A DNA stretch of 48,915 nucleotides, filler included, from Dimargaris cristalligena (taxonomy: Eukaryota): NCBI GenBank assembly GCA_003614675.1. It is 2 parts of 2 records of this genome, joined end to end, with 100 filler letters (N's around TTAATTAATTAA, not from the genome) between each part and the next. Parts side by side here need not be neighbours in the genome. Positions count along the whole stretch, not along the records: positions 1 to 24,444 come from ML002588.1; 1 more part is not named here. One strand, 5' to 3'. Positions 1 to 11,700 of the stretch are shown here, in pieces. A model generated the notes under the pieces. The model saw only the letters and a program-made list of their open reading frames with translations. It searched no databases and was not told where the DNA came from. Numbering within the stretch: the stretch's first letter is position 1; every line of letters begins with the position of its first letter. The translations under genes were made by a program, and so were the position numbers.

Positions 1-57
1 ATCTATCTTTTCAAATAAAGTTCAGTTTTCAAGGATTTGATTTCAGTTCTTTACAAC
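1..57 (+). repeat. Probable 3' end of an LTR (family 1), abutting the DIRS gag region
   Basis: Positions 1-57 match 24606-24662 at 53/57 nt. The segment contains AATAAA (14-19) and ends ...gttctttaCA(ac), like an LTR U5 end. Decayed gag-like codons start immediately after. Confidence 0.6.
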
Positions 58-465
58 TACTGAAGACCAACAGAAGCATGAGCTGCAGCAGACCCACATC
101 CCTGATGATCTACACCACTAGGCTATGTCCATCACTGGCCAGCAGTCCAACTTCCTCTTTGGGGACTGAGCCCTTGAGTTTATCCATTGAGAAGAAAGCT
201 AAGATAGCCAGCACTAGGTTAATGAAAGCCTGCTCAAGCAGCACACTGACCAGACTAGAAATAGTTAAAACTTTAGTAGTTGAGGGGCATTTCCCAGTTC
301 AAAAAACTACCAAGGGAGAAAGCCTAACCATCCCCTGAATAATCAACCAGGATCAGCACCGACCAGCTAATCACAGCTGACCAATACCAATCCATAATAG
401 GCCTGGGGTAGGTGGCCCCACCACAGATAACTGAACACTATGGGAAACTGGATGATGGGATTGCT

Positions 466-2417
466 CCCAGGGACCACTTATCCCACTTTCACTCCCAGTG
501 GCTCTGATTAACCAAGGACCCCTGGGTGTACTGGGTTATCCAATTTGGGTATCAGGTGACATGGAAATCCACCCCCACATGGGAGATACCCTGGCCCTTT
601 CATACCACAGCCATCAACCAGGTTGAGATCACCAAAGTGGTCAACAAATTATGCCAGTACCAGGCCCTGGAACTAGGTAAGACTGACCAGCAAGGATACT
701 GCTTGAACCTATTTATGAAACAGGAAGTAGATAAATGACAACCACTAGTGGATTTATACTAAATCAACTAATTCATTTGTATTCCCCAGTTCAAAATGGA
801 GGGTCTAACTGTATTCAACTCCATGGTTACCCCTGGGGCTTAATTGACTAAGGTAGATATTAAGGATGCCTACTTAACAGTCCCTATCCACCAGGATTCC
901 TGGCTATTCCTTTCCATACAATGCCAGGGCTGGGTATACCAGTACCAGTCCCTGCCTTTTGGCCTAGCTACAGCCCCAGTGGTTTTTCCTGGGTCATGAA
1001 GGTAGCCATTGAACTAATTCGGGCCCAGGGAATTATATTGTCCTATTACCTGGATGATATAGCCATTGTATCCCCATCATTTACCCAGGTGCAGAAGGGT
1101 TTAGCTATAGTTTTGGGTCATCTACAAACCCTGGGGTTGCCTATCAACTGGAAGAAGTCAATTCTGACCCCCACCCAGCAGATGGACTCCCTGGGGATGA
1201 CCATTAATACTCAGCAGATGCAGACATTCCTACCCAATAAGAAATGTTAATTGATCCTGTGGGGCTGCTGGTTACTGTAAGCCCAAATAGTCCCTGCCCA
1301 CAAGATGGCCTCCATCTTGGGTACCCTAACTTCAGCTCTACCAGCAGTACCTAATGGACTAATCCACCTACACTTACTCCAGTGCTGCTTGATCCAGCAG
1401 AACCAGACATGGACTGAGCCCATTCAAATTGAACCCCAGGCCCAACTGGAGTTAGAATGGTGGGTCCAACAAGTGCAGACCAATTCGGGGAAACCCCTGC
1501 ACAAGGACCCACTGCCTACTATAACCATCTTCACAGATGCATCCAAAACAGGCTATGGGATTGTGAGCCTGGTCCTCCATCAGGCTGGACTCTAGTCCCC
1601 TACCAACCAGTTACAAACCATCAACTGGAAGGAACTCAAGGTGGTTGAACTGGTTATCAATCAACTACCAGCTCAGATTCGGGACCAGTCCCTACTACTT
1701 TGGACAGACAATACCACTGTCCTAAAGTATATCAATCGGTAGGGGGGCACTCAAGTACCAGCCCTGCAATCACTAGCCCTTGTGATTTCCAATAAATTAA
1801 CCTACCAAAATTTAACTCCGAGGGCGGTGCATATCCTAGGCAACTGTAATACCAAAGCCAATCAGTTGAGCAGGATAACCCCAGCCTATTGGGAATTAGT
1901 ACTCCCAGCCCCATTATCCTGGCACCTGAATTTGAAATGGGGGCCACTGAGGATTGACCTCTTTACCAGTCCCCTCAATCATCAACTTCCCCAGTATTAT
2001 TACCTTTATCCCCACCAGCAGAAACCTTTGAAGGATATGTTTCAATTCCCTTGGCCTCAGGAAAACGCCTATGCCTTTCCACCATGGAACCAGATCCACC
2101 ATGTGGTCAATCGGGTTCTGCAATGCAAATTGACCCTGATCCTAGTAACCCCATATTGGCGGACCCAATCCTGGTTTCCTCACCTACTCCCAATAGTTGT
2201 AGATTATCCACTATTACTACCAACCCCACAGCTCATATTAATCGCCTGGAAGATATCAGGGCAATCCTCAAATTGCAGGGTATTTTGCCAGCAATTGCCA
2301 CCAGTGTCTGCCAAGGACTGTGTAACAATACTAATAAGGCCTACCAGTATGCCTGGCAAAAGTTTGCCCATTGGTGCCTATCTCAGTAAAAGAATCATTG
2401 CCAACCGGATGCCTTAA
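466..2417 (+). pseudogene. DIRS pol: reverse transcriptase - RNase H - adenine methyltransferase-like domain, disrupted
   Basis: ORF fragments 526-738, 921-1250, 1305-1595 and 1782-2417 join into one pol frame, with stops (e.g. 736, 841, 1248, 1593, 1740) and one frameshift near 985. Motifs: FKMEGL, KVDIKDAY, QSLPFGLATAP, YYLDDI, TIFTDASKTGYG, WTDN, IDLFTS, AYAFPPW. Confidence 0.9.
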
Positions 2418-3241
2418 ACCTGTTAAATTATCTGTCTGAACTTTCCAAAATGGCCAGTATCCATACCATCAAACTCCACAAGGCAGCCATTATTTCTACC
2501 TGGGACATTGGGTACCCAGGTAATCCAGTATCAAAACACCACTATCTCAATATATTTGTGCAAAGCTTGGGCTGTTTAGTGTGGCCTACTGAGAAACCCC
2601 CCATCTGGTGGGTGGAACAGCTTATTGACCATTTGGCCAACCTTCCAGATAATGATGCATTGCTGTGGCACTAACTCTGCCAGAAAGTCTTGGCCATACT
2701 GTGTCTAACAACCATGTGGCGACCTCGTAGTGATTTTTCCTAAGTAACCCTGGATTCTGTAACTTTTCACCAGGAGAGTGACCAGCCTGAGGTCATGACG
2801 ATTACGGCGTACCATGTCAAAGAGGGTAAACGAAAATCGATCAACATCCAGGCCTTGGAAGATAATTCCCGACTATGCCTGGTCCGTAATACCCGGTTTT
2901 ACATTGACAAGTCCTATACCTTCCGTCAACCTAAAGAACAGGCCCTATTCATTACCAAGCGGGGCCATATGGCGTCGGAGGATACTCTGGGTAACTGGAT
3001 CAAATCCCTGTTACAGGAGGCCCAGATCGATACCAACGTCTTTTCGGCCCATTCCATTCGGGCTGCCACATCTACAGCGGCCTACCAACTCGGGTTTAGC
3101 CAGGAAGATATTATGAAAGCGGCCAATTGGCGCGTCTGGACTACGTTTATGGACTATTACAACCGGCCAACTCCGCATAAGAATGTGGCCCGATCGGTCC
3201 TGACGAATTATTCCCATGATAGAAGGGGTAATAACGATTAA
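2250..3241 (+). pseudogene. DIRS tyrosine recombinase (YR), N-terminal half interrupted by stops
   Basis: One frame carries the integrase N-terminal-like segment (TNKAYQYAWQKFAHWC), the catalytic R (WRPRSD, ~2717), H-x-x-R (AHSIRAA), ANW and the Tyr region (FMDYY). There are stops at 2672 and 2741; 2795-3241 is open. The start coordinate is approximate. Confidence 0.88.
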
Positions 3242-3284
3242 ACAAGCCTGTGACGTTTAATAGGGTGATTACCCCTTCTATCAT
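3210..3284. repeat. DIRS internal complementary region (ICR)
   Basis: 3210-3232 (attcccatgatagaaggggtaat) is repeated exactly at 3555-3577. 3257-3284 is the reverse complement of 3561-3588 at 27/28 nt. Confidence 0.88.
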
Positions 3285-3554
3285 TGAATCTCACCCTAAT
3301 TGTTAGCAAACTAACCATTTATCGAACTAGTATTATTCTATCATCGAAATTCATTATTTTATTATTATAATTAGCGAATTACTTCATCAAGCCCGTCCCC
3401 ATCTTATTAATTGTTTTTCTGGACTTAAGTCCCGGCCTTGAAAAGGGTCTATAGTACTACCAGGGCGGGTGAGGCCTGCCATATATACCCAAGGGCATAT
3501 AGGGGCCTTGGAAAAATTACTAAATAAAGCAAGTCGCGGCTTTAGGAGCCGTCG

Positions 3555-3588
3555 ATTCCCATGATAGAAGGGGTAATCGCCCTATTAA
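3555..3588. repeat. Outer end of the DIRS right terminal repeat
   Basis: Complementary to the ICR as described above. It ends in ...cgccctattaa, after which similarity to the ICR stops. Confidence 0.8.
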
Positions 3589-4418
3589 TAAATAAGAATC
3601 AGTAACTAGAGAATAAGGGGAATATAATGATAGTAAATAAACACAGTAAGATAATGGGGATATATTTCTATGATATTAGATGCTAATTTACCCATCTGTT
3701 GGTATGGGTTTTTTACTTGTATGGCTGGTTATTCCTGTAGTTTAAATTAACCAGTCATGACACTATTATCTCTATTACCTATTAAAGACCTAATCATTGT
3801 AAAAATATTAACAGAAGTGACTAGCTGTTTAGAATAACTAGCCTGGCAACCCATAACTTAGTTACACCCTTCATTTAAGTATAACCACATGGTTATTAAA
3901 TTTCAACTACTGATGTTTATTAATGCCAATAATCTATACATTTAAATTTACTGGGTTTATATTCAATCAGTATTCATTTGGGAATACTGGTGGTCTTTAT
4001 ATATAACTTATCGGAAAAGCCTAGTCCAACTGACCTATTTTTAGTTTGATATCGGGGCTAAATTTCCTATGCCTTAAACTTAAAGTACATAAACCACTGG
4101 AATTCCTACATAAAATACCATGCTGGGTGAATTTTTCGCTCCAGAAATCCTAGCAACACTGGATGTTTACAATTAGAGATTCCCAAAAAACTGAAATACC
4201 ACACCTCTCCAGCCTGCCAATAAACAAAAAGAGAATTGGGCAGAAGGCTGAAAAGCTCATGGTTTTACGGTTATTCTGAGTGAAGGGAATACAAATACTC
4301 AACCTGATTTCATTTACTCTAACCATCTCCTATCCTTCACTACCTTTTTGTTTTTTCTCTTACACTTGACAGTACTTATCTAGTTCATTGTCCAAATTAG
4401 CCGTACCTCCCTACTACA

Positions 4419-7400
4419 ATGGTCAAATTACGCGAACCAACCCCGACGGTTGACGATGCTGCTAACAAATCCGGCGTGTTTTTCGATCCTCGTAGGTACC
4501 CCATCCCTAGTCTTCGCAGGTGTTTACTTATTTAGGTATCGATTTTGCGTATGTTGCCCCTAATGAAGACCTAGCATTAGCCAGGAAAAATAAAACCCTT
4601 GGCCTAATGTACTAATGCCTACTGGATTAAAATGCATGTGTCTTTTATGTTTACCCCCAAACCCAGCTACGCTTAAGGCCCGGCCCATGCGCCGTGAGTG
4701 GTACCACGGGGCCCCCAAGAATGACACCGACCACCACCATGCCACGTTCCGACACGCTCCTTCGGCCACGGCCTTTGTGACAGGCCAGCTACGGGTAAGT
4801 CGGCGAGAATTGGCCCGTTGCTATGCCAAAGGGAACGGGCATATATTTGATGAGTTCATGACTACTGTTCACCCATATACGGAATGACCGGAATCGATTC
4901 CAAAGCGGGACTTGGGAACTCCCTTCCCGCCTCTTGTTAAACTATTGGAGGTATGTCACCAATACCATTTGCCTTTGTTTTCTCCGGGCCCGTATATACT
5001 GGACGCTGCATCTTTCTATACCAGGATATTTTACGCGCGAATATGATGATGAAACCCAAATATGACGAAGAGTCGGAGGATCGTCTAGAGGCAAAGGATC
5101 GGGAATCATTGGTTCCCAATATCGCCGAGGAAAGGTAACCTCTTCCACCCTGACCCTTTAGTACCATTATTAGTGGCGGATTTTCTGCCATTATAACCAC
5201 CGGTATAGGACAACGCTCTGTTGAGTTTTCTGATATTCTCCCAGCCAACTTCTGTACACATTTTGCATTACTTTATTCGATATCCCCATTCTAGCAACCA
5301 AATCGGGACAGTCCGTAAAGAGCGAGTATTTGAGAGTGAGGTGACGGAGTCCGATATGGATATTATCACCAAGCGAATGGCCCTCCAGCAGCGCCAGGTA
5401 AGTTATTACACCCATCGAATTAACTATTAAGGCCAGCGATGATATTTGTATTTGGTATATATTTATAGCTGGCGCCAACCACTTACGTATGTACTTATAT
5501 GTACATACATATATATATTGATTTCGACATCTGCCCCCGACGTGCCACTAGTTTGCCGAGTTTGAGCGCCGTGAGTTTAATCGCAAGGCTCGTAAAATTC
5601 GTAATATGTACGACCATTTGTCCGATGAGGAAATCAAGTTCGCACTTGAACAATTTCGCAACAATGAGGTAAGTCCGTGAACTACCGGTACCCATACATT
5701 ACACTATACGATCGCTCAGCCAACCGTACTTAACCAGAAGCCCCCGTTCTAATCTGATCATTCCATACCATACCTGTTCTAATTCTATTTTTTTTTTTGG
5801 TTTTTTGGTTTTTTGGTTTTTTTACCTACCGCCTGCTCGGCATTGAAAAAACGTTCGCTTGAATAGGAAGAGGTGATTGGCCAATTTTCCTGCCCAGGCT
5901 ACCTTTTCTCGGTTCGTAAGGAACTGGCCCGCGTCAGCGTCCAGCCCATGCAAGCCACGCTGATGAGCGACGAACAGCGGGCGGCCTACGAACAACTGCT
6001 CCGCAAACGTACATCGACCCTTAAAAAATCCACCACGGACGATGCGCGGCGCAAATACCGCACGTGCAAGCGCCTCACTCTAGATGACGCGCTCAAACAG
6101 CTGCAGCAGAACAAAATCGACCCGGCCAAGGCCATGGAAGGCTGGTCGGCGGCGCGCATCAAGGCATATCAGGCCATTGATACTAAACCCAACACGTATT
6201 ATTATCGGTTCAACGCGCCCGGCGAGGAACAGCGCACGGGGGCCTGGACGGACGAAGAAAAACGGCTGTTCCATAAACGTTTAGCTGAACTCGGGGCCGA
6301 CGGACAATGGGGGATCTTTTCCATGGCCGTCCCCGGTCGGGTGGGCTACCAGTGCTCTAATTATTACCGCCATTTGATTGAAACGCGCCAGTTGCACGAT
6401 CCTAATTATGTGCTGGATGACCGGGGTAAAGCCCATTATTTGTTTACGACGAAACAGGTCAATAAGGATGGGTCGGCCGTCAAAACGTTCCGAACCCATA
6501 AGAAAAAGCACACGTACGGTGGGAGTGGGGGCGGGGCGGGCGATTCGGGTGATGAGGAAAGTGACCAGCGGGGGTCAGCGACGGAGGCGGGGTCCGGGAA
6601 CTTAAGCGCTAATGAAGGCGGCGGTGATCCGACGAAACGCCGGGCCGGTCGAACGGGACGGACCCGGGCTACTCGAGTGGGTGGGATTCTCCTGAACAAT
6701 GCCTCCACAACAGGGGGGGGACCGGGAACCCCGGGTGGTGATGGTAGTGGTAGTGGCCCGCTCGGCGGAGCGGCTTCGGCCTTGGCCTCGGCTTCGACTA
6801 CGGCGGCCGTCGGATCGGCTGCCAAACGGAAGCGGCGGGCCTACGGCAAGTATGACTCGGACGAGGATGACGAAGACCAATTGGCGCACCAGGACGACTC
6901 CTCCGATGAAGATTTTATGGCGTCGGCGAAGTCGGCGAACCAGTGGAACACCACCAAACGGACGCGGATGCTGCCCAACGGGGGTAGTGGGGTCCCGGGC
7001 CCAGCCCAGGGTCAGGGTGGGGCGGGTAGTTCGTCGGATGTCGATCGGGCGGGTTCGGTGCACACCCGGACTGCTGCCCATTCGACCACAACCTCCGCCG
7101 AAACCACCGGCCTTAGTTTCATGGCCCTCATGACCCGGGGTATCCAAGGCCTGAATTCTATGGAACTGGCGGAACTGATGGAAGATGACGACGATCAGTT
7201 AGACGATCCGGAAAATCCCCTCCCGGGCTTTACGGACCCGATTACCCTTGAACCGGTCGTCAAACCCGCTATTTCCCCCTACGGACATGTCATGGGGTAC
7301 GAAAACTGGGTCCGTTGCTTAACTTCGGAAGGCGGTCGCAATATTTGTCCGCTGACGAAAAAGCCCTGTTCCAAGCGGGATTTGGTCGTTTTGACCCACG

Positions 7401-7441
7401 ATAATATCGAAGAGTACCGCGATAAGATCGTCAACCTGTAA
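4419..7441 (+). CDS. SANT/Myb-like and U-box domain protein (probable E3 ligase / chromatin factor), about 6 exons, ~700 aa
   Basis: A phase-consistent GT-AG model gives exons ~4419-4491, 4666-4793, 5025-5134, 5295-5397, 5552-5668 and 5867-7441. SANT: GAWTDEEKRLF...GQWGIFSMAVPGRVGYQCSNYY. U-box: FTDPITLEPVVKPAISPYGHVMGYENWVRCL...ICPLTKKP. A possible CUE/UBA-like segment reads LSDEEIKFALEQFRNNE. Confidence 0.8.
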
Positions 7442-8228
7442 CCGGCGTGAGAGGTTGGCACGGCGGATGCCAACTTGGTCGGCTGATTATTATTTTTTAT
7501 ATTCCCTATTTACTACTCGACAATGATTGGCACAGCACGGGCACGACTATTTTATGGTATACCTACCCTTCATGATTTATGGCTAATTTAACCCCCCTTC
7601 CTCTCCTTCACACACCCACAGACTCCCTCTCTCTCTCTATTTCAATTATAAATTATCCCTGTGCACCACTATAACTCCGCCAGACTAACCTGAGAAGGAT
7701 GGGTTGCAATAATTCATATAATTAAAGCAATCCCTGAACAACAATAAGGTGGACATTTGTCCCTTTACGGCTGAACTACATAATTGCTTCCCACGGAAAA
7801 GTTCAGGCGGACATTCTTATGAAAAGTCGTGGGAGATGTTTATTTGTGCGATATGCACAAGTGAGGGGTAGTGTATTATAGATGTGCTGCAAACGGAGAA
7901 AAATACATAAAAAAAGAGATAACGAAAGCGATTGATCCTAAAAGAACGAACTTCAGTAAGTATACTAGACATGCCGGGGATAAGGGCAGACATAAGGTGT
8001 GTGATTAAGCAGAGGGGGGGCAAGTGATAGTAAAACCGGTGCGTTATTGCCCAATAAAAACATTGTGGTGGATAGGAATCAACCACCCAGCGGTGAGACT
8101 ACAACAAGTAAGGCCACCCGAGGAGGTGCCTCACAAAATCGACGATGGAAAGACCACTGGTAGTCCCCCCTTGGGACCGGGTTAATCCGGGGCCATGAGA
8201 ATGTATGAGGAGGGAGGGTCACCACCCT

Positions 8229-8795
8229 TTACTTCTTCTTGGGCAGAACCACGGTAAGAATACCGTTGGCGAAGCTGGCCTTGGAGTCCTTCGCGTTGGC
8301 CAACACGGGTTCGGGCAGGGGAATACGGCGGCAGAAGCTACCCACATCGCGCTCACCGTGGGTTAAAGCCTTCTGCAGGGTCGAGTCGCGCTGGGTCTCA
8401 CCCACGATCATGAGAGAACCCTTGTACACGTCACAGATCACCTTGCTACCGTCGACGCCGGGCAATTCGACCTGAATGGTGATTTCCTTGTCGGTCTCAT
8501 ACACGTCGATGGAAGGGTGCCAGCAACCGTGGGTGCTGCAGATCTCGGTAGCGTGGAAGGCGGTGTGGCAGCCGCATAGGAAATGGTTGTGGAGGTACGC
8601 GTGGACGTGTTCGCAGGTATGCTTGGTCAGGTTAAAGGCAGAGTAGTAGCCGGGCATGAGGGTGTGGTGGTGCAGCGAGCACTTGACGCACACGGGCAAG
8701 TGCTTCTCATTGCTGATGGGCTCCTTGGTCAGGTCCTTGCCATTTTGGAAGGAGGTGAAGAAGGCGTCCTTGAACCAGTACTTCTTGATGGACAT
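8229..8795 (-). CDS. Small heat-shock protein (Hsp20/alpha-crystallin) with His/Cys-rich N-terminal extension
   Basis: Alpha-crystallin domain: WHPSIDVYETDKEITIQVELPGV...GERDVGSFCRRIPLP...ASFANGILTVVLPK. Single exon with high GC3. Confidence 0.9.
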   Translation of the reverse strand: MSIKKYWFKDAFFTSFQNGKDLTKEPISNEKHLPVCVKCSLHHHTLMPGYYSAFNLTKHTCEHVHAYLHNHFLCGCHTAFHATEICSTHGCWHPSIDVYETDKEITIQVELPGVDGSKVICDVYKGSLMIVGETQRDSTLQKALTHGERDVGSFCRRIPLPEPVLANAKDSKASFANGILTVVLPKKK

Positions 8796-11700
8796 GGCGG
8801 ATATGTAGAGGGGAGGGGAAGGAAGGGGTGGGAAAGTATTGGGGGAGTCGGGTAGTTGACCGAGTCGAATGCTAATGTCGAGCGAGAATTGGAGAAGGAC
8901 GGTGGGTAGTCGTCAGCAAGGAGGTCAAAGAAAGAGAAAAAAAATGGCGCCCAACAAGACCAGGACAGAGTTGGGGTTAATAAAGCAAGCACGAAGAGAT
9001 GCACGGGCTAAATTGGAGGAAGGACAGCGGTCGAGTAATATGTACCTGAACAGACAATGTCGAGGAAATAACCACCCAAACGGTGCACGCGTCCGCGTCT
9101 CGGGGTCAGTGTAAGCGGACTTCGAATTATACAGTAAAGGGGACGCGTACCTTATGTAGGGGAATGCGGGGCACCAATCGGGACTGATGCAGCGGGAAAT
9201 GAGCGAATGAGCAAGCGGATGGGAGTACAGTCAAGCAGGGTGATGGCGAAAATAGAGAGAGAGAGAGAGAGACAGAAATATAGGGTTAATAAAAAGATAC
9301 AGATGGAAGGGCCGGACGGCGGGCCACCAGCTGGTTTATAAACCACCGTCAGATGCACGGTCGATATGGACCCGATCAGTGTATGCGGGGGGCATATACT
9401 GTGACCACAACACCAATGGACCTGCTGGCCCCAATTTCCCTTCGTATTTTAAAACGGACTGGGGAGGGCGAGTTATACGAGACAGGCATACATACAGTCG
9501 GAATCAGAGTTAAACAATAGCCGGCCCAAATACAGGGGGGGGACGAGGGAATAGTATTAGTGAAGGGTTTGGGGTGTACGTGCGGGAGGATCGTACCCTC
9601 TCTCTTCCGAATGCGACTGTGGCAGGAATGGTTGGCGACGTGTCCCTCCCTGTCCAATCAAGAATATTACAATATCTGCAAAACATTTCTAGCGAAAAAT
9701 CTCCCTATCCTTCTCTCCGCGCCGACGGTGGCAAATAGCCATGGATGGGCCTGCCGACTGCAAAATACCATTGGCAGTAGCCATAAAGCCGGGCTTAAAG
9801 CCCAGGTGGGTATCGATCAAATACCCCTACTATTACAAAGGGCCAAGGCGGACGGCTGTTTTGCCCTAAAATGCTAAATTAGAAAGGGCACGGCTTGCAA
9901 ACTGAGTTGTTGCCCCCAGTTTGGAAGAGGCCGGTCGGGTGACTGGGAAGAATCTCACAAATCCCACACCATAACGACCGCGTTCTCATGCTGATGCCTT
10001 TAAATGGAGGACATAAAGCTTTAACCTGACCCTATACATCACTACAGGTTGAGGGCAATACTAAATAATAGATGTAACGTTTTTATTTGGTCGACAGCCG
10101 ACGTGGCCGAATAAACCTGGAGGGTTTCTCGACACCCCGACCTAATTTGATCCACATATATATTTAATATTGTTCGGGATCGGCCGAAACCCGCTGTTTA
10201 AGTTCCATGGTTAATTTTTGAAAAGGCCCCTAAAATGACACACCCACCTCAATCGACCACAGCCTCCACTCCCTCTTACCTTTTTACCCTCTGAGCCATC
10301 TAGTTTTCCTATAATCCGCCTACCCCCAAACCATAGCTGTTCCCGCTACTGTACTTTGTCATTGGGGGGTTTTCTTTTGCACCGACTGTTTCTCATACAT
10401 ACCTAGTGTAACCTTAAGGTACGTTTGTCCAACCAGTAATATCTACCCGTAGGCCATGAAGACTTTGATGGGACGGGCCGTATAGTAGTCCCGTTTGGGG
10501 ACTAAGGGCAGTAGCATGGCTGCATTATTATTATTATTATTCTGGGAAAATGGCAGGTCTAATACCATGTGGCGGTTGGGGGTACCAGTTGGCCTCGTTA
10601 TAAATATATATATATATATTACGGTACACTCTTTATAGACCCATGGGTACTAAACAAAATCAATCATATTGAACGACCCAGTAAAAACACAGACTGATTG
10701 AAGCATCGTTAGATGCAAATATCATGGACTATAATACGAAACATCTCATTAACAGCGTAGGTTACGGATGTGCTACAACAGGCACTCCGTCTTTTGATAA
10801 AAATGGTTTAGTCTCACCCCGATCCACCCCTGGATTGCTGTGCAATAAACCCACCAATGCACGTACCACCCAGAGCCTACTTTGGGTTTGCACTTAATGA
10901 TAGGTCAAATCATCTCCTGCCTCTTTGCACCTAATCCCGAAATCACCCATCCATGGTTCCTTCCAATTCCCGAGGAGTGTGACGACGCCCAATTCGGGAG
11001 GTTGTAAAAACAGAGCAAAAAAACAAACACACACGCAATAGTAGTAATAGTGAGGGGAGGTGATATATCCTTCAGGGATTCAGGGGTCGCCAAATCGTGG
11101 TCACCGGATACATTGGCCGGGCCCTGGATGATTTTCCGGATTGATATGTGGGGGGCTCTATTATGAACTAAAAGAATGGGTCAGGGGAGTGGGGACACAG
11201 ATCCATTCCGGTCGTCCCCAAACTCATCCAGCGGAAATTATTAATTATATGGTGTATTATTCGGTTATTAGGGTAGGGTGAAATGACCATTGGCTGTGGT
11301 AAACGCCAATCGAATTAAGGCCCAAATCGTAGACTATTGTAACACCTATGTATAACCTGTTGTTACCTTGAAGCCCTGAAGCCTGTAGGTGTATTGGCGA
11401 TATTTGTGTACATGATAGGTATTAACGTAAAGCCAGGTACGCTCTTAAGCGAGTAAATTGGGCACTGCTTAAAATGAGAAAGTGGATTATTGAGAAATCG
11501 TTCATGAATATTAATACTTAAAATACAATATTTACATTTGAATAGGGAGTTATTGACAATCCATTTTTTTGTATTTTAAGTTTATTAAGCCAAAGGGGTC
11601 AGTTCCGTATATTACTATGTGTCGTCAATGACGCAACCTTATCGACAAACAGTCTGCGATGGTATTACAGTTTCCACCGGAGCGCTTTGCATGGCGCCGA

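Larger units (their letters stand above)
58..3588 (+). mobile_element. Degenerate DIRS-type tyrosine-recombinase retrotransposon (left part outside the window or displaced)
   Basis: Order of parts: gag-like tail (..SNFLFGD..), RT (DIKDAY, LPFGL, YLDD), RNase H (FTDAS, INWKEL, TDN), methyltransferase-like domain (DLF..., YAFPP, ILVTPYW), tyrosine recombinase (WRPRSD, HSIR, ANW, FMDYY), then an internal complementary region and a matching right terminus. Many in-frame stops. Confidence 0.93.

Noticed and set aside
3600..4400. AT-rich, CpG-poor stretch after the DIRS right end
   Set aside because: It may be an old TE remnant, but I found no termini, TSD or coding motifs to support a call.
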